The notes under the pieces are model-generated. The model was not told where the DNA came from, did no database searches, and saw only the letters and a list, made by a program, of their open reading frames with translations. From contig OZ024750.1 of NCBI GenBank assembly GCA_964016885.1, forward strand, positions 14,694,001-14,758,000: a stretch of 64,000 nt of DNA, read 5' to 3'. Source of the DNA: Eledone cirrhosa (taxonomy: Eukaryota). The translations under genes and the position numbers were made by a program. Positions 1 through 13,250 of the stretch are shown piece by piece (the first letter of the stretch is position 1; every line of letters starts with the position of its first letter).

Positions 1-888
1 CTCAAGTGGGAACTACAATGGAACTCTACTTTAATATCTATGAAAGTATTGTCAAATTGAACAATAGAAATTAGTGAACTTTCATTTACATAACTGATAT
101 TTGAAAATATTACAGCATTAGATATTATCTGATGACATAAATAATACCAAATCCTTAACTGACAGCTTTATTAACATTTTACATGAAACTTTATTGAAAT
201 GAGGAGAAAATAGGAGCCCCAAATTTGGAAATATAATGTTGGCATTTAACATGGTTATCATACACTCTACTGGATTCAGAAATGGAAGCAAATTTATCTA
301 ACTATTAAATTATATTCAGCATTTTATTTTTTCATCCTCTGGTATTAAGAACACAAAAACATATTCTTAAATATTTTGTTAGACATTCATAGTCACACAA
401 ATCATTTGTATGATTATTGGTTCATATCCTATGACTGATTCATTCAGTATGTGGTTAATCCATTGGAGCAGAAGGAAACGAAATGGGCAGTATGTGTGGG
501 CATCCACCTTTTCCCCTGCATATAACACACTTGATCATCTCAGTGAAGATGGGAAACAACAAAGGGATACAAAAGAGATGGAAGAAGTGACTAGAATGGA
601 ATGAAGTGGAGTTAAGCAGAAATGAAAAGTTTGTTGCCTATACTTGATTAAATGTGTTGGATTCAGGTACTTAATCAGTTGGTAGCTGGAATGAGTCCAG
701 GACAGAGATATATTTATAGGTTTATTATCTGAATTTTCTTGTATGCAAGCGAGAAGAGGGAGTTTTTTTCTCTCTTGTGTAGGATATTAGCTGGCAGGGT
801 TCGTATCTTAAACTTTTCAATTGCATCCAAATTACATTGCTTCCACACCTATTGTATGTTTTTACCTATGCAGCTATGTTCCATTTGA

Positions 889-1025
889 TTGTAGGGTTCT
901 CTGTTCCTCAGTTCTTCAACTGCCAGATGTATATTGTAGGGTTCTCTATTCCTCAGTCCTTCAACTGCCAGATGTACATAACAGGGTTCTCTGTTCCACA
1001 GTCCTTCAACTACCAGTTGTACATT
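889..1025. repeat. 45-bp minisatellite, about 3 copies
   Basis: Unit TAGGGTTCTCTGTTCCTCAGTTCTTCAACTGCCAGATGTATATTG. Confidence 0.85.
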
Positions 1026-1319
1026 AACAATGAAGTGAAATTGTGTTTGATTCTCTATCTGAATGAACGAGTATTGGGCCTTGAATGAATTTTCAATCAG
1101 ATTGATGATGTATAGTTCTGTGCGATCATCTCTATACAGCAGCCTCTCCAAGAGACATTTATTGCAAGGAAGGCAATTAGCTATATTTCTAGTTACATTT
1201 GTGCGAGTGTGTATGTATAGTGCCTCTGGCTACTTCCTTAAGGTTGAGAATTTCAAACATTCTATTGCCTAGTTCACCTTACTGTATTTGGTGGGCTGTT
1301 CCTGTTTCATTATTTAGTC

Positions 1320-1498
1320 GGGCAGTATCGGTAGAGGGTCGGATGCCAGGCTTTCCAGCATAGTTACGTCCCTTTACAATCTGAGTTCAAATCCCGCCGA
1401 GGTTGATTTTGCCTTTCATCCTTACGTGGTCGATAAAATAAAGTACCAGTAATGCACTGGGTAATAGCTGGCCTTGTGCCTAAAGTAGAAACAATTAT
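1320..1498 (+). mobile_element. tRNA-head, Nin/Deu-domain SINE (family A)
   Basis: GGCAGTATCGGTAGAG A-box, GAGTTCAAATCC B-box, GCCTTTCATCCTT..GGTCGATAAAATAAAGTACCAG Nin-like core, tail GCTGGCCTTGTGCC..AGTAGAAACAATTATT. Many copies in the window. Confidence 0.85.
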
Positions 1499-2075
1499 TT
1501 AGTCTTGGTTTTGGTCCCATGTACTTTATTTTATTGTAGAAACTGCTTCTCCTCAACACACTGTTTCAGTATGGGATAGCTTTATTAAACATGTATGTCT
1601 AGGGATAGAGTTCTGCTTCTTATTAAAGTATGCCTTCAAGTTATATTATTATCAAACTATTTTCAGTATGTCATAAATTTCATAAAACACAGACCACCAA
1701 ATACTGGTGTCTATCAAGCTGACAGCAGCAGAGATAATGGCAGAGAAATTAACCTATCATACTATGTTGGGTAGATAGAAAATTAATCAGGATTCTGTGA
1801 AAAGTCTGGCCTCCTTGTCAGAACAGTAGGTCATGACTATAACCCTAAGTTAGTAACTGTTCTCCAATGAGTACAGCAATACACATGAAACCTGCCACCT
1901 TAACGGTGGTCCAATCAAATCAGTAAATGGATTACCAGACAGCAATCAACCATGTTTAAAAATCAATGATGTTTATATGTTTATAAAAACAACATTAGTA
2001 AAACAGCAGTTACACCAAAGAATAACAGAACACTTTTACAAAACAACATCATATATTACAGTGATTCAACAAAGA

Positions 2076-2469
2076 TTAACCTTTTAGCATTTTAACCAGC
2101 TATATTCGGCCAGAATTCTCTCACCCCTTTCTGTTCAAACTGGCTGCTCATACTGATGTTAAGGTACTGCCCTCAAAATAAATAATATCAAAATCTCATA
2201 CATTTGGTATTAAGTGAGATAAAGCCTTTACCGTGAAAATATAATAGTAAATATAGAATAATTGTTTCTACTTTTGGCAGAAGGCCAGCAATTATCCCAG
2301 TGTATTACTGGTGCTTTATTTTATCGACCCCGTAAGGATGAAAGGCAAAGTTAACCCCGGCGGGATTTGAACTCTTTGCTATAAAGCATGGCATCAGACC
2401 CTCTACTGATACTGCCAATCCACCACCCTAAATAGTAAATATAGAATAATGTAAATACTAAAGGGTTAA
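2076..2469 (+). mobile_element. TTAA-flanked piggyBac-type MITE (family 1) carrying a SINE insertion
   Basis: Ends TTAACCTTTTAGCATT...TACTAAAGGGTTAA. The internal sequence matches 5226-5451. Confidence 0.8.
2263..2430 (-). mobile_element. SINE family A inserted in the MITE
   Basis: Reverse complement of family A. 20-bp target-site duplication AATAGTAAATATAGAATAAT at 2243-2262 and 2431-2450. Confidence 0.85.
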
Positions 2470-3299
2470 GACGCCAAGGAAATATATAAAACCCAGTGAT
2501 AAACATGCAACAAAGCATTCAACCAACAGTTAATTCTTATGTTACTCTGATATTGTGTCATATTGTTATATATTGCCACTCAACCTGGTGGTTCCCAGCT
2601 CATTAGTAATGATGGTAAAATCAAGTGCATGTTCTAGCTACCCATCCAGGTATATTTTACATTTACAGTCTGCATGAGATTATACTAACGAAGACAAAGT
2701 TTTTGTAGTGATAAGAAGACAATTTTAGAGAAGACACATGAAATCAAGGCACTTTCAATTATATCAACAACTAAATATTCAATTGAGAAAATGCATCAAA
2801 AACAATATTTAGATATTTAGGGAGAAAAAAAAAAACTTCTGTACAAAAAATAAGAAAATAGAATTCTGAAGAATTTGGGACAAGGGATTTATCATAAAGT
2901 TCAGAGGTCGTGCAAACGAAATGTCAAAGAAAACACATTAACCTGGTTAGAAGATACTGAGGGTGATCTTGAAAACTGTGGGTGAAGTTCTCTTTGGTGA
3001 AAGCATACTTGATGAAAAGTGACACAATGACAGAATTAATGCAAAATATATCTGAATTAAAGTGAGACAAGTTGAGTAAAGCTATTTAGGAGACCCAACC
3101 AACACAATGATAGAGCCAATGATGATGATATAAGAATAATTTATGCTTCAAGTTAGTTTGTCAATGAATTGATCTTTCATCCACAGAAAGTTGTATGCAA
3201 CTGTTGGCTTATAAAATCTATTACAAGAATATCAACAGTAAACTTGAACAGGGTGCTGACAAAATCCTCCCTAGAAAGAAACAATACTCTTAAGGAAAT

Positions 3300-3765
3300 T
3301 TAAGCACCCAGTTCACTCTGTAGAGTGGTCATATTGGTGACAACAATAAACGGCTAGTCCACCCTATAAAGAGGTTGTGTTGGTGACAACAATAAATGCC
3401 CAGTCCACCCTGTAGAGAGGTTGTGTTGGTAATACAACAATAAATGCCCAGTCCACCCTGTAGAGTGGTTGTGTTGGTGACATGACAATAAATGTACAGT
3501 CCACACTATAAAGTGGTCGTGTTGGTGACAACAATAAACACCCAGTCCACACTGTAAAGTGGTTGCGTTGGTAACATGACAAAAAGTACCCAGTCCATAC
3601 TGTAAAGTGGTCATTAGGAAGGGCATTCAGCTGTAGAAACCAAGCCAGAAACAGATCTGTATGAGCAAGATACAGTCATCTGATCTAACTTGTCTCACAA
3701 TGGGACAACTCATCTAACCCATGTTAACATGAAAAAATGGACATAAAATGGTGATGATGATGATA
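3300..3765 (+). mobile_element. RTE-tailed SINE-like element with an internal 46-bp tandem expansion
   Basis: About 7 copies of CCCAGTCCAC.CTGTA.AGTGGT.GTGTTGGTGACAACAATAAA, then AGGAAGGGCATTCAGCTGTAGAAACC and a CCCATG...GGACATAAAATG(GAT)n tail. Confidence 0.7.
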
Positions 3766-5225
3766 TAATTAAATAGCAGAGAAAACTATGAAGGTCAGAG
3801 TAACCTCCTTGCTCTTTCATCTAATTACTTTGAATGTTTTTGCTTTCCAAATATTTCTTCTATGCAGACGTTAAAATCACACAGAAAATTATAGCTGTTA
3901 TATCAGAGTTCTTGAAGTAGTGATGTAGCAAGTTGGGATGTTGCCAACAAAAAAGTTGAGAAGAATTAACAATAACCATGGAAAAAGGACATGTACAGAA
4001 GACATTTCAGTGTGAAGGAGACATTTAATTGTTTTTTATTGGGGATGGGGAGTGAAAGGAGGAAAGGCAGTGCCATCATCCTTTTCAGGGCCTTTTTGAC
4101 TGGTGAGAGGAAGTTATCCACAGACTGCAAATTTGATCTAAATGTTTGCAAAATAGTGAACTCCACAAAAGGCACCCGGAGGCCAGGTAGAGGTGTTAAA
4201 CTGGGTGACAGTTTAAAAAAAACATAAACAAGTACATGAACAATGTATTCATGTGAAAGCAGATGCTATCTACAAAAATTAACTTATACGCATCCAATTT
4301 TGAGATAAATACTAAAAATAATTCTGGCAACTATTCCAGAATTTGGAATATGGAAGATACTGCCCAGAAACAAACAAAAACACACATTTGCTTGTGTGAA
4401 TGTGCATATATATATATTCATAAGAAAGAGATATATTGCAATGCCATTCAACCTTTTTGATACCAAGCCACTTCTGGTTATATGGAACAAAATTTAAAAG
4501 GGTTCCTATTTTAATTAAAATCGTCCAATATAATTTTATGAGACTCTTTTGTTATGTTACAAATAATAAAGAAATAATTTTAGTAAATCCCTCCAAATTC
4601 TTCATTAATTAATCCAAATACAGTGTATTTTGTTAGAAATATGGTAATGAGAGGATTAGACAACAATAAAGACTTAAATTTAATTAATTTAAATAGAGTA
4701 TTTTATTAGAAATATTACACCGAAAGGGTTAAACAAAGAATTAAATTTAAATTGATCTGAAAAGAACTTTGTAGATATGTGGTGTAGAAAGTTCTATTGA
4801 AAAGAATTTCCAAACTAAAAACAGTAATGCACAAAAATAACTGAGTAAGTGGCGACCTGTTAGAAAAGTCTAAAGAAAGTAATGTAAACATAAGATGGAA
4901 GAAACAAACAGACTCACTGGTGAGAACATTTACACAGTCATTGCCAACTAAACCAGTCATTTTGAAAATAAAATGACAGGATTTTGACATAGGTTTGTTT
5001 ATGGAGTTGAAATAAATGGATTTCATCCTCGAAAAAAAGAAATGCTAAGACAAACAACACTAGTAAAATATGCACAGTAAGGTAAATATGTATCTTTTAA
5101 ATAAGTCTAGAATAATTAAACTTAGGACTATCTGTAAAACCTTATGGTTGCATCAACACCTTCAGCTCACTGTGCACTCACTACTGTGCACACACACTAC
5201 TCTCTTATAATAAGGAAAGGACACA

Positions 5226-5451
5226 TTAACCCTTTAGCATTTAAACCGGCTATATCAGGCCAGAATTCTCTCACCTCCTATTAAAACTGGCTGTAACTGA
5301 CTGCTCATACTGATGTTAAGGTATTGTTCTCAAAATAAATAATATCAAAATCGTGTAGCTTCGATATTATGTGGAATAATTATGTGAGGTAAAGCCTTTA
5401 GCGTGAAAATCTAATAGTAAATATAGAGAAATGTAAATGCTAAAGAGTTAA
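5226..5451 (+). mobile_element. piggyBac-type MITE family 1
   Basis: TTAACCCTTTAGCATTTA...TAAATGCTAAAGAGTTAA terminal inverted repeats with TTAA at both ends. Confidence 0.85.
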
Positions 5452-5880
5452 ATAATGTAATCCTATGTATATAAAGACGAGATAATCATTACTGAAACAC
5501 TTGATTGATCAAGGCTGACCAAGAGCTAAAAAAACAAGACCAATGGCAAAATATCTGAATACTGAGTTCATTTATACTTCATCTTCTGAGCACCTAGCAG
5601 ACTATAGATTAGTACCATTATTATATCTTATTCCAGATAGATAAATTACAAATCAGATTACCATATATATATTATATATAAGCCAAAAAATATGAAACAA
5701 AAAAAATGTATGGTAAAATGGAGGATCGGCTTATATTTGAGGTCAATATTTTGCCAATTTTCACCAACATCAAAATTCCACTTAGGAGTTGGATATTACA
5801 CTAGTTTCATTTTGGGGGTGGATATTACATCAGTTATGACCATCTAAACGGTTAGAAATTGGTAAAAAAAATCATTATGT

Positions 5881-6041
5881 AATGTACTGCAGAAGAATGA
5901 CTGGGAGGAGGTTTTCCAGGAGTGGGAAGATGTCTGTACAAATGTGTAGATGTGATAGGTCATTATTTTGAACTTTTGTAAGTTTATGAAAAAAATAACG
6001 TCTCTTGAAATTTTCTCATTACTTATTGAAGATATCTCATA
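5881..6041 (+). mobile_element. mariner transposase 3' remnant with right TIR
   Basis: Translates (with a frameshift) to WEEVFQEWE..LYKCVDVIGHYFELL*, like the mariner W..R..KCV...G.YFE end. Followed by the TIR-like CATTACTTATTGAAGATATCTCATA. Confidence 0.65.
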
Positions 6042-6234
6042 CATTCTTAACAGTTTGGTAAACCTATCAATTGAATGATTATCATATTTTTAAACTTAAC
6101 TATTTTCATAAACTAATCATACAATGTATGTTATCATAAATACAGTACAATGTAACAAACTGGTTTTCTAATGTTTTAACTTGTTTATCATTGTAATAAA
6201 GTACAAACTACTATTTAATCATCTATATTATAAG

Positions 6235-6432
6235 GTCAGATCCAGCTTTTGCTTGCTACTGGTGTCATGTAAGCCAATACAACCTACTTCATGGTCAATA
6301 TTAGATCAGGCTTCTGCCTGCTACTGGTGTCATGTAACCCAATACAAGCTACTTCATGGTCAATATTAGGTCAGGTCAAGCTTCTGCCTGCTACTGGTAC
6401 CATGTAACCCAGTACAACCTGCTTCATAGTCA
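6235..6432. repeat. About 70-bp tandem repeat, 3 copies
   Basis: Repeated GCTTCTGCCTGCTACTGGTGTCATGTAACCCAATACAA.CTACTTCATGGTCAA. Confidence 0.75.
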
Positions 6433-6809
6433 AGTGGTTGGCAACTAAACCGCCACCCCCCACCAGACCCTAGTTTAGTGAGGAGGGTATGTGGAACTCC
6501 AGCAGCACAAAAACAAGGACTGTTAAAGGGAAAATGAACTCTTCAGAGTCAACGACCATGCACCCCAACTAAGGGTTAAATAGCCTCATCAACCTGCAAT
6601 TGGCCAAGAATGATTAATATGGCTACACCCCAGACATGACCAAAACCAAACAGAAAGTGGTGGTGGTCAACCAGAGAGAGGTTCCTCCAACAAGAGTGAG
6701 AAAGCCCTGGATTAGATTGGATTATATAATAAGAGCCTTCTCTGACCATCTGAAAATCTATAACACACACAGACAGACATAATACGAAATTGATTTCCCA
6801 TTGATTTTC

Positions 6810-7290
6810 ACATTATAAAGTGAGATTCTGATGGAATTTCTGTATTCTCAGCTTGTTCTTGTTCTAATGGCATCAGCTCCTTGGTAGATAAACTTAGCTT
6901 ATGGGACACAAGCAACTCAACCCTATCATCCCTTATGACTTCTTCAAACTCTACATCATTTGCATGCATCACAATATCTGTTTAAATTTGATGCAGACTT
7001 TTTTGCTTGTGGAAAACTTGTAAAGACATGAATACAGCCTGGCTATATATTTCTCCAAGCAACATTTATAGCTGAAGGTGTCACTTCATTCCATGAGTCA
7101 GCTGTGTTATCCACAGCATCTATAATCTTGAACTATTTCCAGAAATCTTTAACAGTAGTTTTATATACCTTCCATAAATTGTTTAACTGTTCTTTTCAAA
7201 TAATATGTCTTGAAGTTATCTATCGCACGTCGATCCATTGGCTAGAGCAAAGAAGTTGTATTCTACTCTCAAATTATTTACTGTATATAC
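6810..7290 (-). mobile_element. Tigger/pogo transposase remnant, DDE and C-terminal part
   Basis: Minus-strand frames give NTTSLL*PMDRRAIDNFKTYYLKRT, KDFWK*FKIIDAVDNTADSWNEVTPSAINVAWR and FEEVIRDDRVELLVSH..LSTKELMPLEQE, typical of Tigger DDE_1 proteins. Contains stops. Confidence 0.8.
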
Positions 7291-7899
7291 TTGTATACAA
7301 GGCTAGAAATATGTAACAAAAGGTCAATATTTTGTCAATTTTCACAAACTTCAAAATCCTATGTAAATAAGATGCTAAAATATCTGGAGTGATTATTTTA
7401 CAATGAAGCACTGTTTTTCTACATTTACTACATCAACATTGGTGCTATTTATGCATTACCTTAAAAATATTTCCAACAAATTTTTTATACTTTGAACGTA
7501 CATAAATATCCCACGCATGCACATGCGCATACACACATACATGTATGTCCATACACGTTTTTTTTTCTGACTTACTACATTTCTTTCGATCTTATGTAAG
7601 ATTGAAATCTTACTTTTGACATACTTTATTGCTCTTACTCTCGGCATCTCTTTTTCTTACTCTGCCTCTCCTTTCTCTTGCTTGCACTCTCTCTCTCTCC
7701 CTCCTCTACTTTATAAATCCCTATACAATGTTCTCTTACTTTCAACTACTCCCAGCATATTCGAGAAACTTTATATAACATGAAATAGTAAAAAACAAAA
7801 TCATTATGTAATGGAGTTGTGAAACAAAAGCTATACTCTAAACAACACTTAAAACATTCTAAACATTAAAATATTAAAACTTCATAAATATATATTATA

Positions 7900-8300
7900 C
7901 TCATGAACATTTCAAACCATGCCATTTAAACAGGTATTGATTAATTGTCCCTTGATAATAAACAGGGTTTGGATTTTTGCCCATTTCTCAGGCATAAAAT
8001 AGGGATGATCAAACTCAATCTAAATACTCATGAGTAGTTCCATTTTAAGCATCACATTAGTTCTAGGAAAAAATAAGGTCGGAGTCATTAATGGAGTGGC
8101 TTCTGGAGCACTTGATTTAATTTTCTCTCTATTATCACATATTGTTTCTCCCACAGTAGATGCTGGCAAGTTTTAATGTTTTGGCAATGTGGCTGATGTT
8201 TTTCTCTCACATCAAGCCATTTTAAACATATGTTTAATACCCAGTATAAATCCTTTTACAGCCCCTTTTCACTTCAATTTGATGGCTTCTTTCCAGACAT
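7900..8300 (-). mobile_element. Tigger/pogo transposase remnant, N-terminal HTH part
   Basis: MSGKKPS..., HIAKTL/LPASTVGETICDNREKIKSSAPEATPL...LKMELLMSI. Collinear with 6810-7290 and separated from it by an unrelated insert. Confidence 0.75.
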
Positions 8301-8719
8301 CTTGAATTATAGGTAAATCCAACAGCAATTATGATCAACAAATATGTAGCAATAAAAATAGCACCAGGAAAAGACTGTTTTGTGAGATCAACAAATGTCT
8401 TATTCCTTATTGAATGGAAATGACAAGATAAGGTGAGAAAAAGTACTGACAGATTACAGTTAGTTGCAAGGTTACCAGGTTCATGAGGTACTTCTTTGCA
8501 CCTGTGACCTAGGCCCTAAAAACTCCACTCTATTCACTCACACACACACTCCATTGTGTTGACATCCGACATATGTAGCTAGAGAGACATTGCTATCTTG
8601 CTGCTACTATTTTTGTGGTTGCTGCTGGATATTCAAAAGTTAGTACTGGCAGTAGTGTTGGTGATGGGGGAGGTGATGGTAGTAGTTGTGGTGGTAGTGG
8701 TGTTGGTGACGGTTGAAGA

Positions 8720-9310
8720 CATGACAACCTCTCCTGAGTTGATACACTCAATAAAATGTGAGGTGTGACTGTACATAACAGATACAGATCCCTCTTTGGG
8801 AGGTCAGTAGCCCCATTTCAGTACAGACTTGGTCCATGTAGACCCATCCAACACTTGCTAACAGGAAAAGTGGCCGTAAAATGATGATGAAGATATATAT
8901 AGTGGCCCAAGCAAAATATTAAATAGAAAATAAAAAAAATCCACCCAAACACTAAGTATTTATAGTGATGTTTGCATACACACTTGTATCACCATCATCA
9001 CCGTTTAACGTCCATTTTTCCATGTTAGCATGGGTTAGATGAGTTGTCCTGTTGTGGGGAATGCCAGGTCAGGCGACCATGTTTTGCTCATACAGAACTG
9101 ATTTAGTGTCACGATAAAATGCACCCAGTACACCCTGTCAAATATTAGTGCTTGTGCCATGATAAAATGTTTTAAGTGGTTGGCATTAAGAAGGGCATCA
9201 AACTATAAAAACATAAAAATTAAGATGTGATTCCCCAATTAGTCTAATCTTGAACCATAAGGACCAGTCCACCCTATACTAGTATGGAAAGTAGACACAA
9301 AATGATGATG
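8720..9310. mobile_element. Three RTE-tailed SINE-like fragments in mixed orientation
   Basis: Shared AAGGGCATC and CCATG.TAGCATGGAAA..GGACGTTAAA(GAT)n motifs on both strands. Confidence 0.6.
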
Positions 9311-11689
9311 ACCATTCAGACCACCACCACAAACATACATTCCTCTATACACATACCTAACACACTAAATAATTTCAATCAGTAAATACATCTAAATATA
9401 ACATGTGATCAAATTATTTATCCTAGAAGTAAATAAATAAATAAATAAATAGAAAGGCTAAACTGAAAATTGAAAATGTAAATTGATGTAGAGGCTAGCT
9501 CATGTAATGTAGTGTTACGATCACCACCAGCCTGGGAGGGTAGTCTATTTTATGCCAACACATTCAACTTGCTGTATTTTCACATGTTGTTTAGTGTCAA
9601 AATTTTGAAAAACAATGACCTTCTCAGGGCCAGCTACTGACAGAACATATATTTAGAGTTGTTTATTCACCAAAATAATTTTAGAAGTCATAATTTCCCT
9701 CTGTCCCAATCCCTCCATCCCCAATACAATATAGTGTTGCATCGAAACATATAATTTAAATGTGGTGAAATATAAATTAACTCAGGATGCATCATTCCAA
9801 ACAAATACAATATCTAAAGAGAGCCTATTGTAATTTTGGTAATGAAAATTAGAAAGCTGACACACATTAAAACAACCCGGAATGGATATAAAAATTTGTT
9901 GGAAAGCTCGTAATAATGAGCAGAAAAGAACATTCATTTTAAAATGCTGGTAAAATAACATCCCATAGGACTTGCTTTCCAACATTTCAATTGATCAATT
10001 ATGACATTAGAAATCCAGTAAAGATGGTTGACTCATTTGCAATAGCATCTCTGTATAGTCTGGCATTGAAAAAAAAAAACTACATTTAAAGGGATGTATA
10101 AGATGAGAATAGATAGACCTTATAGAAAAGAATGTGATACAAGCAAATCCAAAGACTTAGTTTTTGTTTATCAGAGAGTGCTTATAATAGTAAACTCTAT
10201 TTTTAAGTCTGATGCAGCAGAAAAGTAAATAAAATTGTCTCTTTAATGGTCAAGCACATTCTAACATATCACCTATAAATAACCTTCAGTTCTTTCTAAT
10301 AAAACAAAGTTTCTCGGTAAACATGTCATTTTGTTTAAACTTTGAACATTTTTCCAGTTTTCCAGATATTAGTTGAACGTAACATAAGATTCTATCCTCC
10401 TACTTGGTGGCTTTCTGTCAAGGATGCAACTATTACGTAATACTTGATTCACTAAAAAATTCCAACTTTCCTATCTTAAATAGGTAAGATGAATTTAATC
10501 TACAATTTAAGGTGTGGAAACCTTTTCAGAACTTTTCTTTAACAGAGAAATGTATTTTGAAAATAACCATCTATATAAGTGATAAAATCTGCTAATAGTT
10601 GACATATACAGTAAAAATATACAAAAGAGACAGGAATAGCTTTTTATTTAAACAAATACATAATGAATTGCCTTATGAATAGAATAAGTAATATCCAGTT
10701 TCTTTACCAAACTCTAACAAAGCTATGTTTGTGGATTATATAAATATATTGCACACACACACACACATCTAAAACATATAATGTGTATATATTACGCCAG
10801 CACTGAAAAAGCCGACATTAAATGATGATGACCCTTGGGTCTTGCCAACAACATAACAACCTCAAACAACCTTTTAGCCTCTCCCACTGCCATGGATTGG
10901 CAGAATTGTTTGAGTCAGAGGGTATATAGCTCTGTGCAATTTGGGTTTGAATCTCATCTTCTTCATCCAGGAGTTGCAACATGCATATCTAGCTGAGAAT
11001 AAGAAGACTGTATCATTGTGTTGTAAAAGGTACTAGGAAAGCCATCTGGCTGTAAAACATTGCCTCAAAGAGGACTCTATTGATAAGTATGACAGAGTTC
11101 ACAAGGGAAACCCTTGCTTTAGCAGGAAAAATGTCCACAAAACTTGTATATGTATATTTATATATATATATATTAAACTAGTAAGACCATAATTCAGCAG
11201 AATACTCAATACTTGGGATAGTAGAGTGTAAATATCATAGAGAGCCAGGGCCTGAGATATATATATGTGTGTGTGTGTCTATGTGTATGCAGGATATCCA
11301 TAGATAAAAGGTCAAGGACAAAAATGCTCAATCTAGTACAAGAAAGCTTATTTGGTTTATAGTAAAGTTCATAGTCTTAACATGTAAAGTGAATGAACTT
11401 TAACATAAACTAAATAAGCTCTCTTGTACTACATACATGTTTAATATAAACTATATATATATTTAGGGATATACAGGGAGAGAGACGACTTTAATGTTTG
11501 GTAGCTACATCCTTGGGGATGGTCAGGAACACCGACACTAAGACTCCACACCTTAGTAACTGTAAGTAGGCTAAAACCTAGTGAAGGACTAGGACATTTG
11601 CAGGAGAGATGGGTGCTGCCAAACATTTCTCCACCCCACTGAAATGCCATGATGGATACACAGTAAAAACACTAACATACCAGGAAAAA

Positions 11690-11925
11690 CCAATGATAGC
11701 ACTGTCTATTACCATTCTCTAGGGTGGAGATGTCTAACTGTAACTCTGTCCATTGCCAGTCTCCAAGGTGGAGGTTTAACTGCAACAATGACACTGTCTA
11801 TTGCCAGTCTCTAGGGTAGAGGTGTCTAACTGTAACACTGTCCATTGCCTGTCTCTAGGGTGGAGGGCTGACTCTGTCTATTTGCCAGTCTCCAGGGTGG
11901 AGGTGTTTAACTGCAACAATGACAA
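11690..11925. repeat. Degenerate minisatellite, about 40-bp units
   Basis: Repeated CTGTC(C/T)ATTGCCAGTCTC(T/C)AGGGTGGAGG.GT.TAACTG.AAC. Confidence 0.7.
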
Positions 11926-12379
11926 GGGTACTCATATTAACCTCTATAGAAAAAAATCATTGGCATTTGGATCTGAAACGTCCACACAATGTATACCTGT
12001 GGAAGGATGATAGATCCAAATAAACAAGGGCCATCTTAGGGCTGGTCAAAGTCAAGTGGACTGATTCTGTGAAGCAATTACAATGAAGGCCACAAATTGT
12101 GGTACAGGGATGACATCAAGCACCATCATGGAGTCATCACTCAGATAAGGAAAGAGTGAAGACTAATGTTAGGTAGTGGAAATGGCATTGTAGATGTGGA
12201 AGAAGTAAACTGATGGATATGTGGGGTCACAGAGTAACTAAGGGCAGTATAGGGCTGACAGATCCCTAACAATCCTCAGTCATAATGGTAATGAGAGGAT
12301 GTAGATGAAAGTGAGGGTGAGACAGGGAAACAACATATTGGTAGTGACAGGGACCTAAAATGTGGATATATCTCTCAGC

Positions 12380-13250
12380 CTCTACACTACCATCCTCTCA
12401 TGAAATGGTTGTGTTATCTTCTTTGTGAGGCTCAGCTTTTGCAAGATCAGCCTTCACCACATTGCCCCATATTTTTCTAGATATTCCTCTTCCATTAACT
12501 TTGAGTGCCCTGCACTTCTTTATGAAGCTGCCACCCTCTATATGCATCACATGTTCATATCAACGTAATCTCTTGAACACTGCATCCAATCCCTCATATG
12601 CTCAGTGTTTCTATCATAAATGTGTCCATGTACACTGCTATTACACATCCATTTCTTTCCCATCATCTCAAATCTTCTGTGCACAAGGCCCAAGTCTCAC
12701 TACCAAGCAGCATTGTACTTTGCACACAATCTGCTTTTCTCACAGAGAAAAATGTTTTGTATCCAGCAGAGGTAGCAGCTTTCTGGACTTTTTCCAACTG
12801 ATTCTCACTTCGGTTACTGTACTTTCAGAACATCTACCTCCACTGCTAATTAAGTCATCCAGGTAGCAGAAGCTGCACATTATTTCAAAGAAGCCATCCA
12901 AGCATTTGATATGACTATTTCATGTGGACCCTTGTTGCTTTCTGCTCCTGTGCATCTGCCACATACAAAGTCTACATTCTTTATTAGCCTACCTGAGATC
13001 CTGCTACACCTTTTCAGCATATTGAACATGGCCATTTTCCCGACAGAATCAAAACTATCTTCTTTTCTACTTACAAAAATAACTTTAATCTTTATTAAAT
13101 CTACTTTGAGACCTTTCAATTCCAGACTTTGCTTCCATATCTGGAATTTCTTCTCTAATTCTACTCAAGATTCAGCAGAGAACTAGATCATCAGCATATA
13201 AGAGCTCCCAGGGGCAGTCAGTCTTAAACTTTTCTGTTAAAGGCCTGGGG
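12380..13250 (-). mobile_element. RTE-clade LINE fragment (RT to 3' end)
   Basis: DCPWELLYADDLV followed by ELERKFQIWKQSLELKGLKVDL. Downstream RLR*YEHVMHIE..KKCRALKV..RKIWG is the RTE C-terminus. Confidence 0.85.

Noticed and set aside
640-1310. Possible Penelope GIY-YIG and 3' remnant on the minus strand
   Set aside because: Only vague similarity (ETG..., AATAAA tail); too decayed to support.
3966-4227. Overlapping 69- and 78-aa ORFs
   Set aside because: No recognisable motif or splice context; probably decayed repeat sequence.
10357-10483. Plus-strand exon-like segment ending in AG|gtaaga
   Set aside because: It contains stops, has no recognisable protein match, and is on the wrong strand for FNBP1L exon 2.
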